A stretch of DNA of 64,000 nucleotides, from positions 11,718,001 through 11,782,000 of the forward strand of contig CM075989.1 in assembly GCA_038087875.1 (NCBI GenBank), read 5' to 3'. This document shows positions 39,756 through 51,162 of this stretch, in pieces. Position numbers and translations under genes: made by a program. Below the pieces are notes generated by a model. That model saw only the letters and a program-made list of their open reading frames with translations, searched no databases and had not been told where the DNA came from. Position 1 is the stretch's first letter; each line of letters begins with the position of its first letter. The DNA comes from Malacoraja senta (lineage: Eukaryota).

Positions 39756-40092
39756 GGTGTGTGCGCGTGTGTGTGAATGTATGTGTGTGTGTGTGTGTGT
39801 GCGCGCGCGCCTGTGTGTGTGTGTGCGTGTGTTCTCCAGGGAAGTACGCATGGCCATTATGTTAGGGGGTGGGTCTCTGTGTGTGTTGGGTGTGCGGGTG
39901 TGCGGGTGTGTTCTGTGGGATGGGTTATGTGTTTAGGTGTGGTTGGGTGGAAGCATGGCGTTGGGGTGATGGGGATGTGAGTGTGTGGTGTGCGTGTGTG
40001 TATTGGCGTCTGTGTTGTGTGTGCACTAGTGAGTTTGTGCGTTGGGTGTGGGTACTTTGTAAGTAGGTGTGTAATTGTGCTGTGTGTGTGTT
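39756..40092. repeat. GT-rich microsatellite / low-complexity tract
   Basis: (GT)n and degenerate variants. Confidence 0.85.
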
Positions 40093-40094
40093 TG

Positions 40095-40493
40095 CGGACG
40101 GGAAGAGCGGGCCGTGGGGACAGTCAGACCTCGCTGACCTTCCTTCCGCCCTGACCCAGGCACACTGAGCGGCCTCGGTGTAGCAACAGTTGTAGTGAGG
40201 CCTGGCCGCCGCTGTATGGAGGCCGGTTTGAGGCTGAAATCAGGACATCCAAATTGGGCTGAAACCCGATAGTGTGTACGGCAGAGACGAACTGCGCTCC
40301 GTATATAAACGGTGACTGCAGCAGGGGTATAAATAACTGCTCAGTAAATAACGCTGCTACTCGCGGCCCCGCATGTCTCCCGCAGCCGCTGAGCCCTTCA
40401 GTTCCACTCCCCTTGGTGGCTTCGGGCTGGCAAACCCTCCTCCGCCGGGACTGTTATTCTGCCAGAGAGAGTGTTCCGTGTCAGGGAGCGGTC
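40095..40493 (+). promoter_or_regulatory. Candidate internal FRMD5 promoter and 5' UTR (CpG-rich, two TATA-like boxes)
   Basis: TATATAAA at 40302-40309, TATAAATA at 40328-40335, ATTGG (reverse CCAAT) near 40254, high local CpG density, upstream of a strong-context ATG. Confidence 0.45.
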
Positions 40494-40701
40494 ATGGTGA
40501 AATGTCTGATCAAGATTAGAACCAAGGTCAACGTGCACCTGCGGATGATAAACCATTGCTGCCGAGATGTCAGGATCAGGATCCTCTCCCTGGGCCCACG
40601 GATCCTCAGCAAAGCGCTGGGCGCTCTGCCGCTCTTCCCCGCCCTCACCGCGGCCTCACCGCACGACGGGCCCTTTCCCGGGGCGTCCGGCGCCAGTACA
40701 G
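40494..40701 (+). CDS. FRMD5: Candidate alternative first coding exon of a short FERM-less FRMD5 isoform (MVKCLIKIRTKVNVHLRMINHCCRDVRIRILSLGPRILSK...GASGAST-G)
   Basis: gcggtcATGG Kozak; 208 nt ending ACAG|gtaaac (phase 1), matching the phase-1 acceptor of the last exon. The N-terminus resembles my recollection of an MVKC...MINHC-type short isoform of the paralog FRMD3. Confidence 0.65.
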
Positions 40702-41039
40702 GTAAACGCGGTTGCCGTCGCCCTGTGGAAGTTGCCGGGGGGAGGGGTTAGTTCAGGAGGTTGGGGATGAGAGGTCACAGAGGCCGTTCGGCCATCCTCC
40801 GTGCGACTGGCCCCGCTGGCCCTTTCTCACTCAAAGGCCAGGCTGTCAGACCAAGCGACCCTTGGGCACTGTTGACACGAGAGCGGGGGAGCTGTTCCCG
40901 GGGTTATAATCACAATACTGTTTCTGGAATCTTGCTGTGTACACATTAACAGAACGAATCCCACAAATTAGCACGTTTCTGGCTGGTGCAAGAAGCATTG
41001 TAGAAATGCACGGGGGAGGGGAGGGGTGCGTTATAAAGA

Positions 41040-41385
41040 GGGGCTGGAGTCCTTGGAAGATGGGAGGCTGAGGGATGACCTTCTAGAGATTTATACAAAT
41101 ACGGTACGGTGAATAGTCACAATCCTTTCCACAGGGCAGGCGAGTCTAAAACTAGAGGGCATAGATGTAATCCGAACCTGAGGGGGAACCTTTTCACACA
41201 GAGGGTAGTAGATTTGTGGAAGGTACAATTACAGATACAATTACAACGTTGAAGGACATTCAGGCAAGTACATGGGAGAGAAAGGTTTAGAGGGATATGG
41301 GCCAAACGCAGGAAAGTGGGACTAGCGTGGGTAGTAGGGTACCTGAAAAGCATGGAGGAGTTGGACCGAATGGCCGGCTTCCATA
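41040..41385 (+). mobile_element. CR1/HER1 LINE 3' fragment
   Basis: ggaggctgagggatgacc...gagtctaaaactagagggcataga...ttttcacacagagggtag. Confidence 0.7.
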
Positions 41386-43435
41386 AGGTTTAACTATAGC
41401 TCTTTTACTTTGTTCATGTGAAGTTCCCAAAATATCCCATCAAACATGAAGTATGGTCATCATTAAATACGAGGAGAATGTTTCTATTCTGTTCATTTAT
41501 GGATTGTGGGCGTCGCAGGCAGAGCTAGCGTTTCTCGCCCTTTAAAAGGCGGCGGTGAGCGGTGGTGGTGGTTTAACTGCAGTCCACGCGTGGACGATGC
41601 TCCTACACGTGCGGGGGAGTTTCAGGATTTAGATGAGGTGAGAGTGAAGGAACGGCGATATGTTTCCAAGTCAAGGTGATGTGTGTTCTTGGCGGGGAAC
41701 CTGCAGGTGGTGGTGTTCCCCTGGTCCCATCTTGTTGGCCGCGGTCATGGGTTGTGAAGTGCTGTCGGTGTGCCCTGGGCGAGTAACTATTGTGCTGATA
41801 ACTCACTCTGCAGCCAGGTGGGGGAGGGAATGAATGTTCAGGCTGGTCGAAGCGGTGCCGATCGATCGGACTGCTTTGTTTTGGATGGAGTTGAGCTTCT
41901 TGATACCATGCGGGGATTTGTACTCTATTATAGTGCTATATAAATGCTAATGTTCTTGCTGCAGCATCTGCAAGAAGAATCTGAAGATTATCGATGGGTT
42001 TGGTTAAGGGTGAGATTCTGGGACCTGAGAGACAGTGGGTGGGCCTCTGTTCGTCAGAAGCTGTAGGTGGGATCTCCAGAGAGCTGAACAACTGGGGTGC
42101 CCTTCCTCTTGGCACTGACCGGGCAAAGGGGGAACATTAAGGCAGGATCTTCAGTGGGCCGTATCACTCTATCCACACAAACCTACCACTCAGTTAATGA
42201 ATCTGCGGCACAGAGGGACAGTCTCCCCCTCAAACCTATGAAAGAGACAATGGATAATTAACCTACCACCTGCATGTCTCTTTTTTCATTAACAATGTGA
42301 TTTTATTCAATTAAACACAAATACAGAATAGTAAACAAAATAAAGACTGTCATTGGCAGTTTACAAACAACAATCACACTGTTATCAGATTTGAACGTTA
42401 CCTACCTTATCTACCGTACATTCGACCCTCCCCGCGGCGACCAGCGTTCACCCTCTATATCTTTGGGATGTGGAGGAAATTGGAGTACCCGGGGAACCAA
42501 TATGTTCACAGGGAAAACGTGCAAACTCCACACAGAAAGCGCACGAGCTCAGAATTTCCCTTCCAGTACTGTTTTTCTTCCTTCGGAAAGTTCCTGTTGA
42601 ATCTGCTCCGACCCCCCTTTCGGACAGTTTGTTCCCAATCACGACATTACGTAAATAACATTCTTTCCCACTGGCGGTCCGCTTGTCTATTGAATCCCTT
42701 TCCAGGCACCCCTGCCTAACAAAGCCACTGTATGGTCCATTAATCTCTACTCTGCAGGTACAACCCAGCTTCTCCGGTCTCTCCCATTGGGGTGTCCTGT
42801 TGTACCTCACAATCCCTCTCTCTCCGAGGCCTTTCCGTGGCACCTCCGTCTCTGGGACTAACTGCGACCGGTTACCATTAATATACCCTGTTGTGTCCTT
42901 TGAACTGGTTCTACCAAGGCTGCCACATATGGTCTTCACACCTCCCCCCTGTAACTGGCTGCCTGCGTCAGACATGCCCCACTCAGCTCTTGCGTAAGTG
43001 GTCATAAGATTGTGCCTGGTGGGATTTTGCCAGCCGTTAACATGAAACCTTCCGCTCATCATTGCCACAGGATTGGGTATTAAATGTTTTGGCTGTGACT
43101 GTGAATATAATGAATAGCAGCCGGGCTTGGGTGGGGAGAAGGGGTATGACTGGCCGGGGTGGGGACGGGACGGGACTGAAGTGATGGTAGAACTACAGTG
43201 GTGCGGGTGGTTACAATGAGACGAGGTTAGGTAGGCTGTGCAAGGGTGCGTGAGGTCACCGCAGTGCTCCTCACGTCACTCTTTCCCCCTCCTCCATGTC
43301 CCCGTCACCAATTCCAGATCCCTGTTACCCCTGTCTAGCACTGAAGATTCTGTCCAACTCCTATGTCTCCGTTGAAGTCTGTTTGTACTAATGAGCTAAA
43401 TTCCTTCAGTGTCCTGAAGATTAATAACATTGACA

Positions 43436-43907
43436 ATAGACAATAGGGGTGCAGGAGTAGGCCATTCGGCCCTTCGAGCCAGCACCGCCATTCAATGTGA
43501 TCATGGCTGATCATCCCCAATCAGTATCCCGTTCCTGCCTTCTCCCCATACCCACTGACTCCGCTGTTTTTAAGAGCCCTATCTAGCTCTCTCTTGAAAG
43601 CATCCAGAGAACCTGCCTCCACCGCCCTCTGAGGCAGATAATTCAACAGGCTCACCACTCTCTGTTCTTAAACTGTGGCCCTGGTTCTGGACTCCCGCAA
43701 CATCGGGAACATGTTTCCTGCCTCTAGCGTGTCCAAGCCCTTAACAATCTTATATGTTTCAATGAGATGCCCTCTCATCCTTCTAAACTCCAGAGTGTAC
43801 AAGCCCAGCTGCTCCATTCTCTCAGCATATGGCAGTCCCGCCATCCCGGGAATTAACCTTGTAAACCTACACTGCACTCCCTCAATAGCAAGAATGTCGT
43901 TCCTCAA
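43436..43907 (-). mobile_element. CR1/HER1 LINE 3' fragment (young)
   Basis: Minus-strand ORF DILAIEGVQCRFTRLIPGMAGLPYAERMEQLGLYTLEFRRMRGHLIETYKI plus the 3' UTR. Confidence 0.88.
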
Positions 43908-43949
43908 ATGAGTAAAGACAGACTCTGAGTGCTATCATCCCTATTGAAG

Positions 43950-44105
43950 AAGGTAGACAAAAATGCTGGAGAAACTCAGCGGGTGAGGCAGCATCTATGG
44001 AGCGAAGGAAATAGGCGACGTTTCGGGTCGAGATCCTTCTTTCACCCGCTGAGTTTCTCCAGCATTTTTGTCTACCTTCGATGTTCCAGCATCTGCAGTT
44101 CCTTC
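43950..44105. mobile_element. Penelope-derived palindromic repeat
   Basis: gaaggtagacaaaaatgctggagaaactcagcgggtga ... tcacccgctgagtttctccagcatttttgtctaccttc inverted arms. Confidence 0.7.
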
Positions 44106-44544
44106 TTCCCCATTGAACAATGTAACTCTTGCCCATCTTACCGAAAACATTTCCACAACCATCCAGTCTATAACCCACAGGCGTATCCACCGTGGGGAAG
44201 AGGATGTCACAAGGTTGTTGTCGCAGGTGGCCTTACACGTCTTTTCCTACCATCTTCCAGGGGCCCAGAGAGTCTATCCAGAGATGCCGTATTTACCATC
44301 TAGTTTACTGCATTCAGTGTCCATAATGTGGTCTCCGCTAAACTGGAGAGTCGTGGAGAACGCGCGCTCAGCCAGCAGGAATCACCCTGAGTTTACCGTT
44401 GCCCTCCGCTCTAACTGATTGATTGAATGATAGAGCATGGAAACAGGCCCTTCGGCCCACCGAGTCCATGCCGACCCCCACCCCATTCTCACTGATCCCC
44501 CTGTCTGTGGCCTCAATAAAAACAACAAGCACTTGTCCCTGAAT

Positions 44545-44707
44545 GTCCCAAAGACGTACTGGTATGTAGGTAAATTGGCTTGGTAGATGTAAAAAATGTC
44601 CCTAGTGTGTGTAGGATGGTGTTAATGTGCGGGGATCGCTGGTCGGCGCAGACTCGGTGGGCCGATGGGTCTGTTCCGCGGTGTATCTCTAAACTAAACT
44701 AAACTAA
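44545..44707 (+). mobile_element. HE1-like V-SINE 3' half
   Basis: taatgtgcggggatcgctggtcggcgc...tgtatctc(taaac)n. Confidence 0.8.
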
Positions 44708-45813
44708 TTCAACGGGTCAGACAGCATCTCTGGATGGCATGGATGGGTAGGCGACGTTTCCGGTCGAGACCCTTCTTCAGACTGGGATGGACCTGGTTGC
44801 CATGGACACGGGGTTCTACTGTAACCTTGACTGGGGTGGGGGGGGGGGGGAACAGTTCTGCGAAGTTTAACGGACGGAATGGATTTATGGAAGCATGAAG
44901 GGAAGGTGCTGGGAGTCAGGACACAAGCAACATAGTTCTGGGTTTACAGAGAGGCTCTCGTTCAGGGGTCGGTGGAAGAGACGATATTTTAGGCGTCGCA
45001 TTCGCCACTGGTTTTTGTAGATCAGGCGACAGTCCCGTTCTCCTGAGGGAGATCACTTTCTATTTTTTGACCCTGCATCATTCTCTCTATCTCTCTCTCC
45101 CCCCCCACCCCCCCTCAATGTCCCTGTCGCTCTAGTGAGCGCTCTGCTTACACCCTGCCCACCTCACCGACACCACCCAAATTACCGCCCCTACACAAGA
45201 CTGCAAAGAAAAGGCCTCTGTGTTTCCACTGCCGCCTCTCTGTCAGGTTAACGAGCTCAGCAGTGGATTACGAGACCAGGAGGGGACGGTTCGGTACCTT
45301 GTGCCGGTTCAGTGCATTAGAGACTGCTCTCCAGATTACATCCTTCATCTCTCTGCCAATCACTTAACAAATTAAACCATCGGACTCAGCTTGATTTGAA
45401 GAGGAGATTCCAGAACTATGGTGGAGCGGCTGCTGTCCGTGTGGAGTTTGCACGTTCTCCTTGTGACCATGTAGAAACGAGGTGCTGGTTTACACGAAAG
45501 GGCACAGAGTGCTGGAGTAACTCAGCGGATCAGGCAGCATCCCTGCAGAACACGATGTGTGATTCCTGTGACCATGGTGGTTCCCCCGATTACTCCAGTT
45601 CCTCCCACATCATAGGGACGTGCGTGTTTGTTGATTAATTGACCGCTGTAAATTCTGTTGTCAGTGGTAGAATCTGGGGGAAGTCGATGGGAATGTAGAG
45701 AAAATAAAACGAGGCTGGTGTACACGGCTGCATGATGGTCGGCATGGACTCATTGTGCCAAATGACCCGTTCCTGCACTGCGCTGGAAACAGAGTAGCGT
45801 CGCGGTGAAGTAA

Positions 45814-45985
45814 NNNNNNNNNNNNNNNNNNNNNNNNNNNNNNNNNNNNNNNNNNNNNNNNNNNNNNNNNNNNNNNNNNNNNNNNNNNNNNNNNNNNNNN
45901 NNNNNNNNNNNNNNNNNNNNNNNNNNNNNNNNNNNNNNNNNNNNNNNNNNNNNNNNNNNNNNNNNNNNNNNNNNNNNNNNNNNNN
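45814..45985. other. Assembly gap (172 N)
   Basis: Run of N. Confidence 0.99.
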
Positions 45986-47138
45986 GACTTGAGAACGAAG
46001 GATTGCATTTTAGACCGTTTAAGAGCAGGGTGGTGTTGTCAGGTGAAGGGGATGTGCTGGGAGTCAGGACACAGACAACATAGTTCTGGGTAGCCTCGAG
46101 TTTGCAGAGAGTGAAATGGGGTGAACCAGACAATAAACCAAATCGCAGTGATCTTAGCTGATACCTCTTCACTTCTGTAAACTTGGACTTTATCTTTATT
46201 GATTGTAGTTTTAGTGAACTCACTCACAGATGTCCGTATCTTCTGCAAGCATTGTTCAGGAGAGGCCATTGAATCTAGTTTTCTTTCCCTTTGTGGGTAA
46301 ATTGGGATCAATTGAATTAGTGTCAGTCCACCAAGACCAAGCTTTGACACAACTTCCCTTCCAGTGACTTAGAGTGAGACCATTCTTGCAACTGGCTGCA
46401 AATTATCGGTTTAACAACACAGCAAAGGTCTACCGAGTTTATTTGGGCACCAATTTCGGCGATTGGAACTCGCAGCCAAATTTATAACTGAGTCTCCCGA
46501 CAGAAACAGACTCATGTCTTCGGTAAATTGGAGGAGAGTTACAGAACAGTGCGGGTAACATTGCCTCCAACCCGGCGCAGGCGAGACTGGCAGATACAAA
46601 CGCACAGTGGGGTGTGTGGTCACAATGTGCCGCCTTTAAACAGCAACGTTCAGAGATTCAGAGAAGATGGGGCTACTCCACAGTGACAGCTGTTTTAAGG
46701 GAAAGTTGTTGATGGTCCAATGTTGGAGAAGGAACTAATTTCAAATCCAAAAGGATTGGACTGGGATCCTGCTCACGGCCCCAGTCTTAGGGTTCTGACA
46801 TTTTGACAATAGGTTTCTGACATTTTGACAATACATGATTAAATGACCTTTTCTTTACACGCATTATTGTTTATCTCTACTGTCCAGGGACAGCAAGTCA
46901 ACGGTAATTAATGATTAAACTGCTCCGTCTCAGCCCGCTTGGATAGAGGAAATTTCTTAGGATTTGAATTATTCATCAAATACTCTTGATCCTAACGTCG
47001 CAGTCTGATTTCCTTGTGGATCATCAGGCGGTGATCAGGTGCGGGCCGCTGTCATCTGACCCACACGACGCGGATGTCCACATTAGTAAACTGCTACAGC
47101 GCCTGAGATCAGGGGTCTGGGTGGCTCAAGGATCTGAT

Positions 47139-47322
47139 TTGTGTGTGTGTGTGTGCGTGTGCGTGTGCGTGCGTGTGCGGGTGCGGGGGTGTTTGCGGGT
47201 GTGGATGTAAGGGTGTGGATGTAAGGGTGTGGGTGTAAGGGTGTGTGTGTGTGTGGGTGTGTGTACGGGTGTGGGTGTGTGCGGGTGTGGGTGTACGGGG
47301 GTGTGTGCGGATGTGTGTGTGT
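47139..47322. repeat. GT-rich microsatellite with an internal (gtgtggatgtaagg) repeat
   Basis: Direct inspection. Confidence 0.85.
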
Positions 47323-49019
47323 GGCGCATGATGCAGCGTTTAAGCTCGTCCAATTTTTGGCGCATATCCCTCTAAACCTTTTCTATCTATTTGCCGACCC
47401 AAATACCCTTTAAATATTGTTCTAATACCTGCCTCAACTACTTCCTCTGGCAGCTAATTCCTTATACCTATGCGTAAAACCTGCCCCTTTTAAGTTCCTA
47501 TTAAATCTTTCCCCTCTCACCTTAAACCTTTGTCCTCTGGATCTTCATTCTCTTACCTTGGGGAATGAACTCTACATTGACCCTGTCTATCCCCCTCATG
47601 ATTTTATACACCTCTTTCACACCCTCACTCAGCATCCTGAGCTCCGGACCTGCCCAAACTCTGCCCATGTCATGCCATCGAGTCATGGAATATCCTCATA
47701 AATTCTGCACTCCTTCCAGCTTAATGGCACTTTTTTTCCTGCAGCACCTTCCTTTCCCCAAGTCTGCAGTGGGATTTGAATTCTCCATGGATTATTGTTG
47801 CTGACTCAGCCTGCGTGTTCACTTTACTACATGTGCCAAGTTTGATGTTATAAAGTTGTGAGGTACCAGTTTCTACAAACTGCCTTGGCAACTTGTCCCT
47901 AAAACAACCCGAACCTTCCCAAAAACCAACGAGGCAGACAAATAGACAAATAGCTCAACAGCACCAAGACAAAGCAGAGCGATGGCACCCGTCCACTGGC
48001 GCAGTGGTTGCGGTGAGCGCCGGCCGACCACAGCGCAGTTACCCGCATGGCAGCATTGTCCGGCCCTCCGTCACTCTGGCGGAAGGCAGTAGCGCAGGCG
48101 ACCACCAACCACTGCAGCCCCCCCACCCCCCATCCCATGTTCCTCGCTGTCCTGCCTGCCAACTTCCCGGGTACCTCGTGGAATTTCGTCCCTAGCGGTT
48201 CAGTGGGTAGTTCAGGATGGATAATACGCGCTGACCCCGCCAGCACAGTGTACACGCTGGGAAGGAATAAAGTAATCTATTTTCATGAATCCCACCTCCG
48301 CCAGGACAATCACAAACAAGGCTGCCTGCTCTACAACTCCAGCCTGAATGCTGACAGTGCAAAGACTTTATTAGCGCAGAGTCTGTGCTGATGCAGAACG
48401 CGCAGCGGCGCCTCACATCAGAACCGTAAACTCGGTCTAACTACAGGCTGAGATTAAGCAAGTGTAGCCGTGAGTGATTTGTGAGTTTTCCCCCCAGATG
48501 GAGAGCGACGGGATTTCGATCCGAGTCTCAGCCCAACACACATTGGGAGAAGAGAGCAGGCACCTCTCCATCAGTGCAAGGTCGGGATCAAATGGAAACA
48601 CATTGATCTCTGAACCGCGGGGACTGTGCCAGAGAGCTGGCGCTCTCTCTGAGCTCTGCTCACTCGTCTAAATCTCTCCCTGATCCTGACCAGCTGCTGC
48701 CACTCCATCTGCCGCCCTCTCCCCTCCACTCGACATCTGTGGCCTTGTGGATGTTGGAGCGAACCCACACTCCGCCGAGCCCTGGCACGGAGCTTCACCT
48801 TGAGCCAGGCTCAGCTGTGAGAGAGTTGGCGGGGGAGGTGGATTGCGGAGCTTGGTGAATGAGGAAAGCCACGAGTTGGAAGATGCTGAAGTTCACGTCG
48901 GAGGAGAGGAAGTTTTTAGTGATTTCTAGCGAAGACCATTCCAGATGTAGACCGTACACTTCATCAGTCGGTTCTAAACAGCTCAGACACTCCCTCTGCA
49001 GAGCTCACTGCAAACTACA

Positions 49020-49320
49020 CCACTGATACCAGCGCGCACTCACTGCCACACTCTCTCACTCACACGCACTCTCACTATCATAGATCTTCACACACATACA
49101 CTCAGATCCACTCTCTGTCACACACGCCTTCACACACACATACACACAGTCACTGCCACAAACGCTCTCACACACCCAGTCACATTCACACATTGAGATA
49201 TATTTGCAGTCACAGATTAAGTCATACACATTTACGCACATACATTCACACTTACCCTCACACACATACTTCATACAGAGATATATATGTGCACAGATAC
49301 ACTGTATTTGTATACAAAAT
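49020..49320. repeat. CA-rich low-complexity tract
   Basis: Degenerate (CA)n. Confidence 0.75.
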
Positions 49321-49629
49321 ATGTGCATCCCATTACTCAAAGCTCAGAACAGCCAGTGTTTTATTGATTGGGAGCAGTCTCTCATTTTTATTCTGGTCAA
49401 TTTTCAGAACTGGCAAGAGTTCAACAGAGACGGGCAGAGTGTCACAGCAGCCCCCCGCCCCCGTCCCATCCACACTCCCTGTCCAGTGGAGGACCCCTGG
49501 GCCAATTGACCGCTCCTAGTAACCCCTCGCATCCTGGCAGTCACTGACCTCCGGTCTGGGTAAAAACACCGGTATTTACCATCGCCCCCCCCCCCCTCCA
49601 TCGCTGAGGTAATTTGTCTTTTGACACTA

Positions 49630-50070
49630 AATATCAACTAACTACCTCCATAAGGCTTCCTAAGCCGCCTAAGGAAGTGGAGGTCTTGGTGTACTTTCTT
49701 GGCCATAGCTCTCACGTGGCTGGTCCGGGACAAATTGCTGTCGATATTTATTCCGAAGAACTTGACGCTTTTGACTATCTATACTTCAGCACCATAAATA
49801 TGCACCGTTTCGCTTCCTGAAGTCAATCGCTGACATCGAGGGAGAGGTTGTTATCTTGGTACCAGGTGAGGAGGTTCTCAATCTCCTTTTGTGCTCAGTC
49901 TGGTCATTATTTGATACCCGGCCCACTACGGTGGTGCCCTCTGTAAACTCCTAAATTGATTTGGATTGGTTTTGGCTGCACAGTCATGAATGTTTAAGAA
50001 GTATAAATTGGGGAGAGAGAACGCATCCTTGCGGGCACCAGTGTTGCGGATTACGTAGAGCTGAATGGCA
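49630..50070 (-). mobile_element. Rex1/Babar-like LINE RT remnant
   Basis: Similar to 20323-21480 (gaagtcaatc...gagggagaggttgttatcttgg; cccactacggtggtg). Confidence 0.6.
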
Positions 50071-50213
50071 TCATCTGTGTTTGATGCTGGGCCCTGGGTT
50101 GGACAAGCACCTTGGTCCGGGCTACTTGTTTCCATAGAGGCTCCATGTTTATGGTTTGTTGCGCGGGCGTTCTCTCGGGTTTTCCGTTCAATGTGTCAGT
50201 TTCTCTGTTCTAG

Positions 50214-50782
50214 GTTTGGAATCACTCCGGGATAGCGCCCACTCCACGCCGGTGCGATCCAGCTCTCACACAGACTCCTTCATGATCCACTCGGGCAAGG
50301 CTTTGGCCGCCGAGGGCAACGAGCGGACGTCGGTGATAGCGGACGAGATGTACAGCCCGGCCGCCAGTGTCCTGCCCACGCCGGTGTCGGAGCCCGGCCA
50401 GGAATCCATCCATCTTCAGCAAGACTACAGCTCCAGCGGCATCGAGGAGAGGGGGAGCGAGGTGGGAACGTCGGCAGCGGCAGAGGAACCGGCCAGAGGG
50501 GCTGGCACCTCGCCCGAAGGTGTTAGTGAGAGGGCGGAGCAGGAACAGGTGAATACATTTGTTTTAAGTGTGGCCCGTTTGCTACTGGTGACCGTCGGAC
50601 TGCTCTTTGCATTGCTCCTCCTCCTGATCGCTCTTGCGGAATCAGATATTGACGTAGCATTTTTACGTGATATACGCCAGACGCCTGAGTTTGAACAGTT
50701 CCATTATGAATACTTTTGTCCCCTCAGGCGATGGTTTGCCTGCAAGGCGCGGTACCTGCTAAGCCTTCTCATTGACACATGA
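50214..50782 (+). CDS. FRMD5: FRMD5 terminal coding exon ([16 protein letters not shown]...transmembrane helix...[26 protein letters not shown]...LLIDT*)
   Basis: ttctctgttctag|GTTTGGAA, phase 1; stop TGA at 50780-50782. C-terminus matches recalled FRMD5 (LLIDT end) rather than FRMD3. Confidence 0.95.
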
Positions 50783-51156
50783 CATCGCCCAGCCTGAGAA
50801 ATCAGCCCAGGGGCAGTGAGAAGACAAGATGACGCCAAGCTCCCCTTCTCCCCTCTCTGGCACCATCCAGCTTTATTGGATGAATTCAACTACTGCTGGG
50901 AAACTTGCTGACTCAACAAGCTTTCAAGAGGAATTTAAAACCAAGAGTGAATTCCACATTCAACCATGCCCTGCCCCCAGCCCCTTAACCCCCTCTGATG
51001 CTCTTGGACTGTTGCGCTTAGAGTAACCCCCTCAGATGCTCTTGGACTAATAGACCGTAGAGTAAGTGATTAACCATTAGTACCCACAGGAACTGAGTAA
51101 TACAGCGTGGAGTTTTGTTATTGTGATGTTAAAGAGGTATCCTGTCTCCAGACATT

Positions 51157-51162
51157 AATAAA
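51157..51162 (+). terminator. Candidate FRMD5 polyadenylation signal AATAAA (another at 51455-51460)
   Basis: Hexamer downstream of the stop codon; usage unknown. Confidence 0.3.

Noticed and set aside
40272-40493. N-terminal 74 aa of ORF 40272-40751 as coding
   Set aside because: GTG start, overlaps the TATA boxes; the first in-frame ATG with a good Kozak context is at 40494.
42448-43068. 206-aa minus-strand ORF as a novel gene
   Set aside because: The DNA carries decayed CR1 3' motifs (ggagagaccggagaagctgggttg; ggaacaaactgtccgaaagggggg) and ends in a SINE fragment; the open frame looks like chance.
50156-50213. ORF-track start for the FRMD5 C-terminal ORF
   Set aside because: It is the intronic polypyrimidine tract; the exon begins after the AG at 50212-50213.
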